A stretch of 64,000 nt of DNA from Nostoc sp. DedSLP01 (lineage in GTDB: Bacteria; Cyanobacteriota; Cyanobacteriia; Cyanobacteriales; Nostocaceae): positions 64,001 through 128,000 of the forward strand of contig JAVRCJ020000006.1 of assembly GCA_034530875.2 (NCBI GenBank), given 5' to 3'. The notes under the pieces were generated by a model, which worked only from the letters and a program-made list of their open reading frames with translations, had not been told where the DNA came from and ran no database searches. This document shows, piece by piece, positions 11,060-21,180 of this stretch; the first letter of the stretch is position 1, and each line of letters opens with the position of its first letter. The position numbers and the translations under genes were made by a program.

Positions 11060-14000
11060 ATGACAGCAGCTTTATCTGGTTATCAACTTCTAGAAACTCT
11101 TCACTCTGGCGCTAAAACTATCATTTATCGTGGACGACGAGAAATAGATAACACCTCAGTCATTGTTAAAACTCTTGTTGACGAACATCCGCTTTTAGAA
11201 GATATTGCGCGACTGCGGCATGAATATCAAATCATTGAACCACTGCAAATACCTGGAATTGTTAAAGCTTATGAGTTAAAGAATTATCAGCACGGACTAG
11301 CTTTAGTTTTAGAAGACATTCCAGGTTGCTTGCTCAAAGAAGTAATTGCCAATCAAACAACTAGTTTGATTACTTTCCTCAAGGTGGGTATTAATTTAGC
11401 ACAGACTTTAGGAGAGTTGCACGCGCAACAGATTATTCACAAAGATATTAAGCCACACAATATTCTCATTGACCCCGAATCTGGGGAAGTTAAACTGATT
11501 GATTTCAGTATTTCCTCGCGCCTGGATAAAGAAAATCCCACATTAAGTAATCCTAATTTACTCGAAGGTACGCTTGCTTATATGTCGCCCGAACAAACGG
11601 GCAGAATGAATCGAGCCATTGATTACCGCACTGATTTTTACTCCTTGGGTGTGACTTTGTATGAAATGCTAACGGGTACTTTGCCATTTCATACTACCGA
11701 CCCATTGGAATTGGTACACTGTCACATTGCCAAAATGCCGGCTGCACCTTGTAAACAAACTGTGTGCCGCGTTTTGGAAGATGTACCAGAGGCAATTTGT
11801 GCAATTATTCTCAAGCTGTTAGCAAAAACAGCAGAGGAGCGATATCAAAGTGCTTGGGGACTGAAAGCAGATTTAGAAGAATGTTTGTTTCAACTGCAAA
11901 CCACTGGCAAAATTGAAAACTTCATACCGGGAAGACGAGACAAATCTGGGCATTTTTTGATTCCCCAAAAGCTCTACGGACGGGAAGCAGAAGTGGCAAC
12001 ATTAATGGCTGCATTTGAGCGTGTGGCTTACCCTACTGAATCCTCCTTTGATAAGGGGGTAGAAATGATGCTGGTTTCCGGTTATTCGGGGATTGGTAAA
12101 ACTAGCGTTGTCAATGAAGTTCATAAACCAATTGTGGGCGCCAGAGGTTATTTCATTGCAGGCAAGTTCGACCAGTTCAAGCGCAATATTCCATACTCAT
12201 CTCTAATTCAGGCGTTTCAATCGTTAGTTAGGCAATTACTCACCGAAAGCGTTGCCCAAATCCAAGCGTGGAAACACAAGTTGTTAACTGCCTTGGGTGA
12301 GAACGGGCAAATTATTATCGATGTGATTCCAGAGGTGGAACTGATTATTGGCACTCAGCCACCCGTGACACAACTGGGTGCGGCTGAATCTCAAAATCGC
12401 TTTAATCGGGTCTTTGGGCAATTTATTGGAGTATTCACAACCGAAGACCATCCTTTAGTTGTGTTTCTTGATGATTTACAGTGGGCAGATTCGGCATCGC
12501 TGAATTTAATTGAGCTATTGATGATGGATAGCGATCGCTACGCTAGCCAAGGACAACGCCAATATCTATTATTAATCGGAGCATACCGGGATAACGAAGT
12601 TTCACCCACTCATCCACTGATGATGAGTTTGGATAAAATTCAAAAAGCAGGTGCGATGGTGAATAACATTGTCTTGTCACCGTTGCAGTTAACAGATGTA
12701 GAAGCTTTAGTTAGCGATACGTTGAATGATATAGAAAACACCAAACCACTAGCAGAATTACTGTTTTACAAAACTGGAGGTAACCCGTTCTTCTTAACGC
12801 AACTGCTGAAAACTCTACATCAGGAAGACTTGTTAACCTACGAATTCCATTCAGGAGTCTGGGAGTGGAATCTTGAACATATTCAGGCGATTGGTATTAC
12901 TGACCTGAATGTAGTTGAACTGACGGCAAGAAATATTCGCAAATTATCACTAGAAACGCAAAAAGTCTTAAAACTGGCTGCTTGTATTGGTAGTACATTT
13001 AACTTAGATGTATTGGCGATCGTTAACGAAGCATTATCTTTAACTACAGCAACACAATTGTGGTCGGCTCTGCAAGCTGGGTTAATTTTGCCGTTAACTC
13101 AAGATTACAAAATTCCTTTAGTGTTTGGTCAGGAAGAATCTAGCAAAATTAATTTAACAGATGTCAAAGTTGACTACAAGTTTTTACACGACCGAGTGCA
13201 GCAAGCGGCATATTCTTTGATTCCCGATGCAGAGAAAAAAGCAACCCACCTCAAAATCGGTCAATTATTGCTACAAAATACAACACCAGAAGAACGCAAA
13301 GAAAATGTCTTTGCTCTAGTCAATCAGCTAAATTATGGTATTGACTTACTAACAACTGAAACAGAAAAATACGAACTAGCCCAACTTAACCTCATAGCTG
13401 GTCAGAAAGCTAAAGCCGCAACAGCCCACGATTCTGCGGTCAAATATTTGCAAGTAGCTTTGCAATTGCTAGTAGTTTCTAGTTGGGAAAGTCACTATCA
13501 ATTAACATTAACCATTTATGAAGAAGCAGCAGAAGCAGCATTTTTAAACGGTGATTTTGATGAAATGCAAAAGTTTGTTGCGGTAGTGCAAAACCACGCT
13601 GTCTCGCTATTGGACAAGGTGAAGGTATACGAAATCCAGATTCAAGCTTACACAGTGCAGAATCAACTGATGGCTGCGCTGAGTACGGGGCTACAAGCCT
13701 TAAAGCTCTTGGGAGTGGAGTTTCCTAATACACCAACCCCATCAGATATTGGTCAAGCACTGGGGGAAACTGTATCAATTTTAAATGGCAGACCAATTAA
13801 AGATTTGCTCGAGCTACCTTTAATGAGCGATCCTTATGCGCTAACAGTTATCCGATTACTGTCACACATTAGCCCTGCCACATATATGGCTATGCCGGAA
13901 CTATTGCCTTTATTGATATGTAAACAAATCAATATATCCGTTCAACATGGCAATGCTCCTTTATCTGCCTTTGCATATAGCTTATATGGTTGTATTCTCT

Positions 14001-16564
14001 GTGGGGTAGTAGGAGATTTAGATTCGGGTTATGAGTTCGGCCAATTGTCTATAAGCCTTGTATCAAAGCTGAATGCTAAAGAATTAAAAGCCAAGAATGA
14101 TGTAAATGTGAATATTGCAATGCGACATTGGAAAGAGCATCTAAAAGAAAGCTTACAACCTTTGTTGTCATGTTATACTTGCGGGCTGGAGACAGGGGAT
14201 TTACAATTTGCCGCCTATGGCTTGTATATATACAGCGCTCACGCATATTTATGTGGCAAAGAACTGTCTGGGCTGGAACGAGAAATGCCTACCTACAGGA
14301 ATGCAATTAATCTCGTCAAACAAGAAACGGCACTTGCTTATCAAGAAATGTTCTGGCAGGCTATCCTCAACATGATGGTAAGGGTGGAAAATCCCTGCCT
14401 TCTTCAGGGTAATGCCTACGACGAACAAAAGATGCTGCCAATGCATCAGCAAAACAAAGACTACATGGCAATTCATTATTTATATTTGCACAAAATGATG
14501 CTTTGTTATGTGTTTGAAAAATATTCAGAAGCATTTGAAAATAGTGCTTTAGCAGAGAGTTATTTGAGTGCTGCACCAGGACAGATAACTATTGCAATTT
14601 TCTATTTTTATGATTCTTTGGTGCAGTTGGCAGTGTATCAAGATACGGTTGAGTCAGAGCAAAACAGTATTCTGGTTAAAGTTAAAACGAATCAAGAAAA
14701 AATGCAAAAATGGGCGCATCATGCGCCAATGAATTTCTTGCACAAATTTTATTTAGTAGAGGCAGAACGGCATCGAGTTTTAGGCGAAAAACTAGAAGCG
14801 ATTGAGATGTACGATAAAGCGATCGCACTTGCTAAAGAAAACGAATACATCAACGAAGAAGCACTAGCACACGAACTTGCAGCTAAGTTTTATCTGTCAT
14901 GGAACAAACAAAGCATTGCCCAAACTTACATGACTAATGCTTATTATGCATATATTCATTGGGGAGCAACTGCTAAAGTCAAAGATTTAGAATCAAAATA
15001 CCCGCAATTAATTACCCGAGCTTCAAACACACAAAAGCTAGAAACAAATTTCAAAGAAGCAACTCAAACTAGTTCTACTACTACCGGAGGTTCTCATCTT
15101 CTTGACTTAATGACAGTGATGAAAGCTTCACAAGTGCTATCAGAAGAAATGATGGTAACTCGCTTGCTCGAAAAGATGTTGAAAATTGGCATCGAAAATG
15201 CTGGTGCTGTTCAAGGTTACTTTATTGTCAAGCACGAGAATCAATGGCTGCTAGAAGCCGCAGGGATGGTTGTAGGGAAAGAAGTTAGGGTTGTTGTTAA
15301 CTCAAAGGATGAAACCAATTCACCTTTACTGCCAGTTGCTTTATTCAACTATGTCGAGAGAACCAGAGAAAACCTTGTTTTAGAAGATGCTGTAAAAGAC
15401 TCTTGCTTTGGCACTGATGCTTATATTGCTGCTCATCAGTCTAAATCGATTTTATGTTTGCCGCTAATTCATTCTGGCAAGTTTACTAGTATTCTTTACT
15501 TAGAAAATAATTTGATTGCTGGTGCTTTTACCCCAGAACGAATAAACGTGCTGAGTTTATTGACGGTACAAATTTCCATCGCCATTGATAACGCTCGTCT
15601 TTATACCAATTTGCAAACTTATTCGCAAGAACTCGAAGTTAAAAACGCAGCTTTGCAAGCATCGGAAACGCGAGAGCGAGAGAAGGCCGAACAACTGCAA
15701 CAATATTTGGACAAACTACAAAAAACCCAGGCTCAACTCGTACAAACTGAGAAAATGTCCAGCTTAGGACAACTGGTAGCTGGCGTTGCTCACGAAATCA
15801 ACAACCCGGTTAATTTTATCTTTGGCAACCTCAACCACGCTAACGAATACACCCAAGATGTGCTGCGACTGTTGGAACTCTACCAAAAACATTACCCATC
15901 TCCTCATCCTGAAATTGAAGAAGAAGCTGAGTCTATCGATTTACAATTTCTGCTAGAAGACTTGCCCAAGCTATTATCCTCGATGCGAGTAGGCGCAGAC
16001 CGAATTCGTAATATTGTTGCTTCTCTGCGAACCTTCTCGCGTATGGATGAAGCCGAGAGAAAAGCTGTGAATATTCATGACGGTATTGACAGTACCGTGA
16101 TGATTCTGCAACATCGTCTGAAAGGTAAGTCAGAACATCCAGCCATTGAGATTGTCAAAAATTATGGCGGCCTGCCCTTAGTGGAGTGTTATGCAGGAGA
16201 ATTAAATCAGGTGTTTATGAATGTTTTGAGTAATGCGATCGATGCTTTAGAAGAGTCATTAGTGAAGAATCCAGAAAAAATGACTAGCCCAAGCATTACT
16301 ATTTACACTGCAAAAGTGAATGGTCATGAAGTTGAAATCCGCATTGCAGATAACGGTTTAGGTATGCCCGAGTCGGTTCGACAACGCCTGTTCGATCCTT
16401 TCTTTACTACAAAACCTGTAGGTAAAGGCACAGGTATGGGCTTATCTATTAGCTATCAAATTATCACTGAAAAACATGGCGGTTCGCTTTCTTGTAATTC
16501 ACAACTAGGTCAGGGTGCAGAGTTTATTATCCGTATTCCAGTTTCATTGGAAGGCAGCACTTGA
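11060..16564 (+). CDS. HstK-type hybrid kinase: Ser/Thr kinase, AAA (STAND-like) ATPase, GAF and histidine kinase
   Basis: HKDIKPHN and DFS, Walker A GYSGIGKT, Walker B VVFLDDLQWAD, H-box AHEINNP, G-boxes DNGLG and GKGTGMGL; ATG 11060 (MTAALSGY) preferred. Confidence 0.92.
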   Translation: MTAALSGYQLLETLHSGAKTIIYRGRREIDNTSVIVKTLVDEHPLLEDIARLRHEYQIIEPLQIPGIVKAYELKNYQHGLALVLEDIPGCLLKEVIANQTTSLITFLKVGINLAQTLGELHAQQIIHKDIKPHNILIDPESGEVKLIDFSISSRLDKENPTLSNPNLLEGTLAYMSPEQTGRMNRAIDYRTDFYSLGVTLYEMLTGTLPFHTTDPLELVHCHIAKMPAAPCKQTVCRVLEDVPEAICAIILKLLAKTAEERYQSAWGLKADLEECLFQLQTTGKIENFIPGRRDKSGHFLIPQKLYGREAEVATLMAAFERVAYPTESSFDKGVEMMLVSGYSGIGKTSVVNEVHKPIVGARGYFIAGKFDQFKRNIPYSSLIQAFQSLVRQLLTESVAQIQAWKHKLLTALGENGQIIIDVIPEVELIIGTQPPVTQLGAAESQNRFNRVFGQFIGVFTTEDHPLVVFLDDLQWADSASLNLIELLMMDSDRYASQGQRQYLLLIGAYRDNEVSPTHPLMMSLDKIQKAGAMVNNIVLSPLQLTDVEALVSDTLNDIENTKPLAELLFYKTGGNPFFLTQLLKTLHQEDLLTYEFHSGVWEWNLEHIQAIGITDLNVVELTARNIRKLSLETQKVLKLAACIGSTFNLDVLAIVNEALSLTTATQLWSALQAGLILPLTQDYKIPLVFGQEESSKINLTDVKVDYKFLHDRVQQAAYSLIPDAEKKATHLKIGQLLLQNTTPEERKENVFALVNQLNYGIDLLTTETEKYELAQLNLIAGQKAKAATAHDSAVKYLQVALQLLVVSSWESHYQLTLTIYEEAAEAAFLNGDFDEMQKFVAVVQNHAVSLLDKVKVYEIQIQAYTVQNQLMAALSTGLQALKLLGVEFPNTPTPSDIGQALGETVSILNGRPIKDLLELPLMSDPYALTVIRLLSHISPATYMAMPELLPLLICKQINISVQHGNAPLSAFAYSLYGCILCGVVGDLDSGYEFGQLSISLVSKLNAKELKAKNDVNVNIAMRHWKEHLKESLQPLLSCYTCGLETGDLQFAAYGLYIYSAHAYLCGKELSGLEREMPTYRNAINLVKQETALAYQEMFWQAILNMMVRVENPCLLQGNAYDEQKMLPMHQQNKDYMAIHYLYLHKMMLCYVFEKYSEAFENSALAESYLSAAPGQITIAIFYFYDSLVQLAVYQDTVESEQNSILVKVKTNQEKMQKWAHHAPMNFLHKFYLVEAERHRVLGEKLEAIEMYDKAIALAKENEYINEEALAHELAAKFYLSWNKQSIAQTYMTNAYYAYIHWGATAKVKDLESKYPQLITRASNTQKLETNFKEATQTSSTTTGGSHLLDLMTVMKASQVLSEEMMVTRLLEKMLKIGIENAGAVQGYFIVKHENQWLLEAAGMVVGKEVRVVVNSKDETNSPLLPVALFNYVERTRENLVLEDAVKDSCFGTDAYIAAHQSKSILCLPLIHSGKFTSILYLENNLIAGAFTPERINVLSLLTVQISIAIDNARLYTNLQTYSQELEVKNAALQASETREREKAEQLQQYLDKLQKTQAQLVQTEKMSSLGQLVAGVAHEINNPVNFIFGNLNHANEYTQDVLRLLELYQKHYPSPHPEIEEEAESIDLQFLLEDLPKLLSSMRVGADRIRNIVASLRTFSRMDEAERKAVNIHDGIDSTVMILQHRLKGKSEHPAIEIVKNYGGLPLVECYAGELNQVFMNVLSNAIDALEESLVKNPEKMTSPSITIYTAKVNGHEVEIRIADNGLGMPESVRQRLFDPFFTTKPVGKGTGMGLSISYQIITEKHGGSLSCNSQLGQGAEFIIRIPVSLEGST
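12531..12559. repeat. HIP1-associated 21-nt in-frame insertion (SDR5-like)
   Basis: GCGATCGC+TACGCTAGCCAAGGACAACGC (8+21 nt) encodes an extra YASQGQR within the ATPase domain. Confidence 0.6.
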
Positions 16565-16705
16565 TAAGTTAACCTAGCGAAATTATACCAATTCGCAATT
16601 CGCAATTAAAAAACTTAGATGCAGCAAAGCTTTCAGCGTTTACATCTGTATCAGATTTTTTGTGAAATGGTATTACAGCCTATTTCAAGTAAATAAATTA
16701 CACGC

Positions 16706-16733
16706 GTAGAGGCACAACATGTTGTGCCCCTAC
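16706..16733. repeat. GTAG-family REP-like hairpin
   Basis: GTAGAGGCACAACATGTTGTGCCCCTAC. Confidence 0.75.
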
Positions 16734-16934
16734 AATTATCTTTACCTCATTCATTTAGAATCTTTTGTAATACCAATTCAGTGAAGAAGGCAGAAGGGAA
16801 TTCTGATTCCTGCCCCCTGCCTTCTGCCTCCTACTTATCTGATGCTTGCTGTGCAACATTTTTCAAGCGGCTCGATCGCATTTTGCGGAGGCGATTGCCA
16901 TAATGGTGCAAAAAACATACCCAATAAGAGAAAA

Positions 16935-17034
16935 ATGCCAGCAATTGTTAAACTACAACTCTCCTTAGAAGTTTTAGCACAAGCAATATCTTCTCTTGAT
17001 TTAACAGAAAAAAGAAACAGTTAATTGAGATATG
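16935..17034 (+). pseudogene. 5' remnant of a small cyanobacterial hypothetical (antitoxin-like) gene
   Basis: MPAIVKLQLSLEVLAQAISSLDLTEK; removing one A from the A-run continues EKKQLIEI; sequence breaks off just before HIP1 at 17047. Confidence 0.5.
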
Positions 17035-17823
17035 CTCAAAGGAAATGCGATCGCTTGTCCTCTTTGTCGCCAGCCTCTAGCCGAAACACCACAGCAGTGC
17101 GATGCTTGCCACAATTACTTCCAAAACGAACTCCAAAAAATGCCTTCATCGCTGATGGATTTAACACCTGAAGCATCATATAAACACATAAAAGTCAATA
17201 CCATTCAAGCAAAACCTTTACGCACAGAATTATTTCGCTCTCCTGTAATTTCTTTTTTCTATGAACGCGTCTTACCGCCAATTTGGGCCGCAGGATTACG
17301 TAATTTTGGCGGTATTGATTTAGAGTTTGCTCAGTGTAGAGAATTTTTTGGTGAAAATCCGGGAATCGTAGCAGATATAAGTTGTGGTACGGGCATTATG
17401 GCACGACGCTTAGCACTTTTAGACAAGTGCAAGCAGGTTATTGCTGTAGATTATTCGGAGTCAATGCTGTCACAGCTGCAACAGCAAATGAAATTAGATG
17501 GTATATCGCCATCTCAGATAATTATCATTCGTGGCGATGTCGAAGCACTACCCTTAGCATCAGATTCTATAAATGCCATTTATGCTGGAGCTGCAATGCA
17601 TTGCTGGCCTAATGCTGAAGAAGGAATTCGCAACATTTACCGGGTGTTGCGTAGCGGCGGCAAATTGTTTGCGACTACTTTTCTCAAGCCATTTCCAAGC
17701 ATTATTTTTCGGTTCTTTTCTGTAGGCGAACTGCGGCATATTTTAATTACAGCAGGCTTCAATCCAGACTGCATACAAGTTGAAGCTCGTGGACTTTATG
17801 GAATTATTCGATGTATTAAGTAG
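17032..17823 (+). CDS. Class I SAM-dependent methyltransferase with N-terminal CxxC...CxxC motif
   Basis: ACPLC...CDAC, motif I DISCGTG, VDYSESM, GDVEALP, AAMHCWP, RVLRSGG. Confidence 0.85.
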   Translation: MLKGNAIACPLCRQPLAETPQQCDACHNYFQNELQKMPSSLMDLTPEASYKHIKVNTIQAKPLRTELFRSPVISFFYERVLPPIWAAGLRNFGGIDLEFAQCREFFGENPGIVADISCGTGIMARRLALLDKCKQVIAVDYSESMLSQLQQQMKLDGISPSQIIIIRGDVEALPLASDSINAIYAGAAMHCWPNAEEGIRNIYRVLRSGGKLFATTFLKPFPSIIFRFFSVGELRHILITAGFNPDCIQVEARGLYGIIRCIK

Positions 17824-17866
17824 TCATTAGTCATTGGTCATTGGTCATTAGTTATTAGTTATTAGT
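17821..17866. repeat. STRR heptamer array (TAGTCAT/TGGTCAT/TAGTTAT)
   Basis: Tandem heptamers between convergent genes. Confidence 0.8.
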
Positions 17867-17893
17867 TCAAAATCAATGCCCCATATCCAACAT

Positions 17894-18796
17894 CTAATGA
17901 GCAATGGCTAATACTAGACCTTCATGGGCGAGTAATGCGTTGGGAAAGGCGGATTTTACATCGACTTGAACTTTATCCAGAAAATCATCATGGTCATCTG
18001 GATGGTGATGAGAGATAACTAACCGTCGGACGCCAGCAGCCTGAGCCACATTCACAGCAACTTGCCAAAGTAAGTCAGCAGAGTCATGGTTGTGAGATGT
18101 TGGCGGAGTGTAGGTGGCATTAGCAATTAACAAGTCAGCGCCTTGAACGAACTGTAAAATTCGCTCTAACTCTACTTGCTCTGCATTTTGGTTCAAATCT
18201 GTGACGTAAGCAACACTATATTCGCGCCAAGTAACTCGGTAGCCAATTGACCGCTGAGTTTGATTGATTAATGCAGTTGTAATAATTACATCATCTAGCT
18301 TTACATCGCTGTCTGGAGTGAGATTGTAAAACTGTAATTCCGACTGCATTACTTGCAAAGGGTAAGGAAAGTGCGGCTGGAGCATCTGGTCGCACAGACA
18401 TTGTTTAATCGAGGCGCTATTTGAGGCAGCTGTGCCGTAAATATGGAAGCAATTTCCGGCAATAAATGCGGGGGCAAAAAAAGGAAATCCTTGAATCCGG
18501 TTTGATTGGGAATTGGTAAAAAATAAATAAGCTTCTATTGGTTCTTGTATTTCTTGCCAAGTTTTACCCAGTATGCGTAAGCCAGTACCGCCATCAAAAA
18601 TTAAGCGTTTCCCGCCTACGTGCATTTCTACACAAGCGGTATTACCCCCGTAACGGCTGGTTTTCTCGCTGGGAGTGGGAATCAAACCCCTTACACCCCA
18701 GAATTGCACTCTAAACTGACCTGCTGGACTACTGAGCAGGTTAACTGATTTTTCAGGTATATAACTCTGGGAACCCGACAACTCAAAATTTGACAT
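17894..18796 (-). CDS. MBL-fold metallo-hydrolase homologue with a degenerate metal-binding motif
   Basis: FWGVRG..PTP...YGGNTACV and DGGTG are intact, but the HxHxDH position reads NSQSNR. Confidence 0.85.
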   Translation of the reverse strand: MSNFELSGSQSYIPEKSVNLLSSPAGQFRVQFWGVRGLIPTPSEKTSRYGGNTACVEMHVGGKRLIFDGGTGLRILGKTWQEIQEPIEAYLFFTNSQSNRIQGFPFFAPAFIAGNCFHIYGTAASNSASIKQCLCDQMLQPHFPYPLQVMQSELQFYNLTPDSDVKLDDVIITTALINQTQRSIGYRVTWREYSVAYVTDLNQNAEQVELERILQFVQGADLLIANATYTPPTSHNHDSADLLWQVAVNVAQAAGVRRLVISHHHPDDHDDFLDKVQVDVKSAFPNALLAHEGLVLAIAH

Positions 18797-18807
18797 TTTT
18801 TTTGGAA

Positions 18808-19191
18808 TTAGACCTTAGCGAGCAGGTCGTCGTAGCGCCGCACTTCTAAGAGCCGATTGTTTTCGTCTACAATGACTACTGTAGGAGAGTAGCTTTTTAA
18901 CTCCTCTGGAGTGAACTGCCCGTAAGTCATTATAATCAAGCGATCGCCAATAATGCCTAGACGTGCCGCAGCCCCATTTAATTCAATGATTCCTGAATGC
19001 GCTGGAGCCGGGATTGCATAAGTAATAAAGCGCTCGCCATTGGCATTATTCACTACTTGCACTTGCTCATAAGGCAAGATGCCAGCTTTTTCGAGCAGGA
19101 CTTTATCGATACTGATACTACCCACATAGTTGATATTCGCCCCAGTCAGGGTGCAGTTGTGAATTTTTGCCAAAAGGAGAGTGCGCTGCAT
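18808..19191 (-). CDS. panD: Aspartate 1-decarboxylase
   Basis: [16 protein letters not shown] cleavage site, TY, LNGAAAR. Confidence 0.95.
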   Translation of the reverse strand: MQRTLLLAKIHNCTLTGANINYVGSISIDKVLLEKAGILPYEQVQVVNNANGERFITYAIPAPAHSGIIELNGAAARLGIIGDRLIIMTYGQFTPEELKSYSPTVVIVDENNRLLEVRRYDDLLAKV

Positions 19192-19311
19192 TTGGATTTG
19201 AAGTTGGTGGCAATTTTTGAAACCGTAACAAGTGAAAGTTGTCAAAAGTTAAGAGTTAGGAATAAAAATTCATAACTCTTAACTCCTAACTGTGAACTTA
19301 TAACTCTTATA

Positions 19312-19824
19312 TTATGCTTTATAAGCTCTGACGGATTTTTCTACTAAAGCTGCAACCTTATCTACATCTTGCCAACCGAGAATTTCAGTCACCTTTTTTT
19401 CCAAATTTTTGTAACTACGGAAAAATTCAGCAATTTCATCCAAACGGTGTGGCGCTATGTCTTTGAGGGATTTGACTTGAGCGTAACGCGGATCTTTGTC
19501 TGGAACACAAAGAATTTTTTCATCGCGATCGCCTCCGTCAATCATCTCCAAAAAGCCGATTGGCCGTGCAGCAATAATACAGCCGGGAAAGGTTGGCTCA
19601 TCAATAAGCACCATTCCATCTAGGGGATCGCCATCATCAGCCAAAGTATTCGGTACAAAGCCGTAGTCATAAGGATATTTTACCGACGAATAAAGTACTC
19701 GGTCTAAAGCAAAAGCTTCTAGCTCCTTGTCATATTCGTATTTATTTTTACTTCCGCCTGTAATTTCAATCAGAACGTTGATTAGACCTGGTTTTGGTTG
19801 GGCAGGAATACGAGATAAATCCAC
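19312..19824 (-). CDS. ppa: Inorganic pyrophosphatase
   Basis: NKYE, YGFVPNT, DGDPLD, DEK. Confidence 0.96.
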   Translation of the reverse strand: MDLSRIPAQPKPGLINVLIEITGGSKNKYEYDKELEAFALDRVLYSSVKYPYDYGFVPNTLADDGDPLDGMVLIDEPTFPGCIIAARPIGFLEMIDGGDRDEKILCVPDKDPRYAQVKSLKDIAPHRLDEIAEFFRSYKNLEKKVTEILGWQDVDKVAALVEKSVRAYKA

Positions 19825-20003
19825 AAAAAGCTCCTCTGATAACAGTCGATCGTGGGGGCACTCAGATTCGCTCCCCGTGTAGAATTTTAGGGCAATATGG
19901 ATCTCTTCCCAAGAGATTGGGCTTTGGAAGAGGGGGAGGGGCGGAGGGAGCAGAGGAAGCAGGGGAGAAAAACTAATGACTAATGCCCTTAGTTAGCAAA
20001 AAA

Positions 20004-20044
20004 TGAAAAAAGCGTTGCGAGGAAACTTCGCAACGCTTTTTTCA
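20004..20044. terminator. Strong intrinsic terminator with A/T runs on both sides
   Basis: TGAAAAAAGCGTTGCGA-ggaaact-TCGCAACGCTTTTTTCA. Confidence 0.85.
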
Positions 20045-20146
20045 AGGGGATAGTATGGAGCTAGGGTTTAGAACGCTTGAACAAAACAAATCTGAGCTAA
20101 ACAGTGTTTGACATTGCCTGCATTGTTGGGAACTGCATTCTGTTTG

Positions 20147-20335
20147 CTAATCTTTTGTTGTTTGTAGGTTTTCGAGCGCGGGCTGCTGGGTATTTTGAAC
20201 ATTGCTTGAGGAATAGTGGGCAATGACAAATACTGGTAGCGTCAGAGTCAACAGAGCGATCGCTGTTCCTACAATGTCTGCCAAACGGTGCGAGTATGTT
20301 TCGGCAGAACTGGCAGACGGGCTATTTGAATTCAT
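20147..20335 (-). CDS. Small single-TM hypothetical protein
   Basis: 62 aa with one hydrophobic helix (IVGTAIALLTLTLPVFVIA); contains HIP1; followed by the terminator at 20004. Confidence 0.65.
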   Translation of the reverse strand: MNSNSPSASSAETYSHRLADIVGTAIALLTLTLPVFVIAHYSSSNVQNTQQPALENLQTTKD

Positions 20336-21095
20336 ACAATATTGAAGTTATTCGGAATCGTTGTATAGGTCTACTCTCTAGAGAGAGTTTTGGTTGCTAT
20401 TTTAGCTAGTTTTAAACTGGAAAACTTGTAGCATTCCACTAGCTAAACCAGTTTGATAACTGTCATAATAGCGTTTTTATAAATTAACTTTTTCATCCAA
20501 AGTTACAAAAAAATACATAATTTAGAATTTAGTAGTTAATTAATTTGGTAATTAATATTTTCAAATTTTTACTTATATCATCTACTTAATCCCATACGCA
20601 CATTCTCAAATAGCAGCATTATAAATTACATTTTTTTGCTGCTTCAAGATTAATTAGTAAAACGTATTTATTAGATACTTTGTAATTATAACATCCTCTA
20701 ACAAGATTGTTCAGGCCATATTGCAGTAATCAATAATTTGTGATAAATAATACAAAATTCCAAAAACATTGATAGATATTCGTTGTTTTCGATTGTTCTA
20801 TGCTAATTACACACAAAAATATTTGACACCAGAGAAAAAACGGTCACAATCATTTTTATAGTCACTTAAAATTACCGAACAAACACAGATATATCATCTC
20901 TCTCATGTAGGATATATTCAGTAAGATTACTAAATTAATAATTTCTTAATCTGAATTTATAACTATATCTAAAGTCATAGTAAATTTGTCAATCTATATA
21001 TAGGTATAAATATAAAAGCACTGAAAGTTACTGTAGGAACTGAAGTTTACACCCTTTTCATTGCTGAACATATTTTCAAGCTGTATCAATCAGAT

Positions 21096-21122
21096 GTAGA
21101 GACGTTGCATTGCAACATCTCT
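21096..21122. repeat. GTAG-family REP-like hairpin
   Basis: GTAGAGACGTTGCATTGCAACATCTCT. Confidence 0.65.
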
Positions 21123-21180
21123 TTCATCTCATGCACAATCATTTTCATACATAAAATCAGCAACGCCATAAAATCAATTA

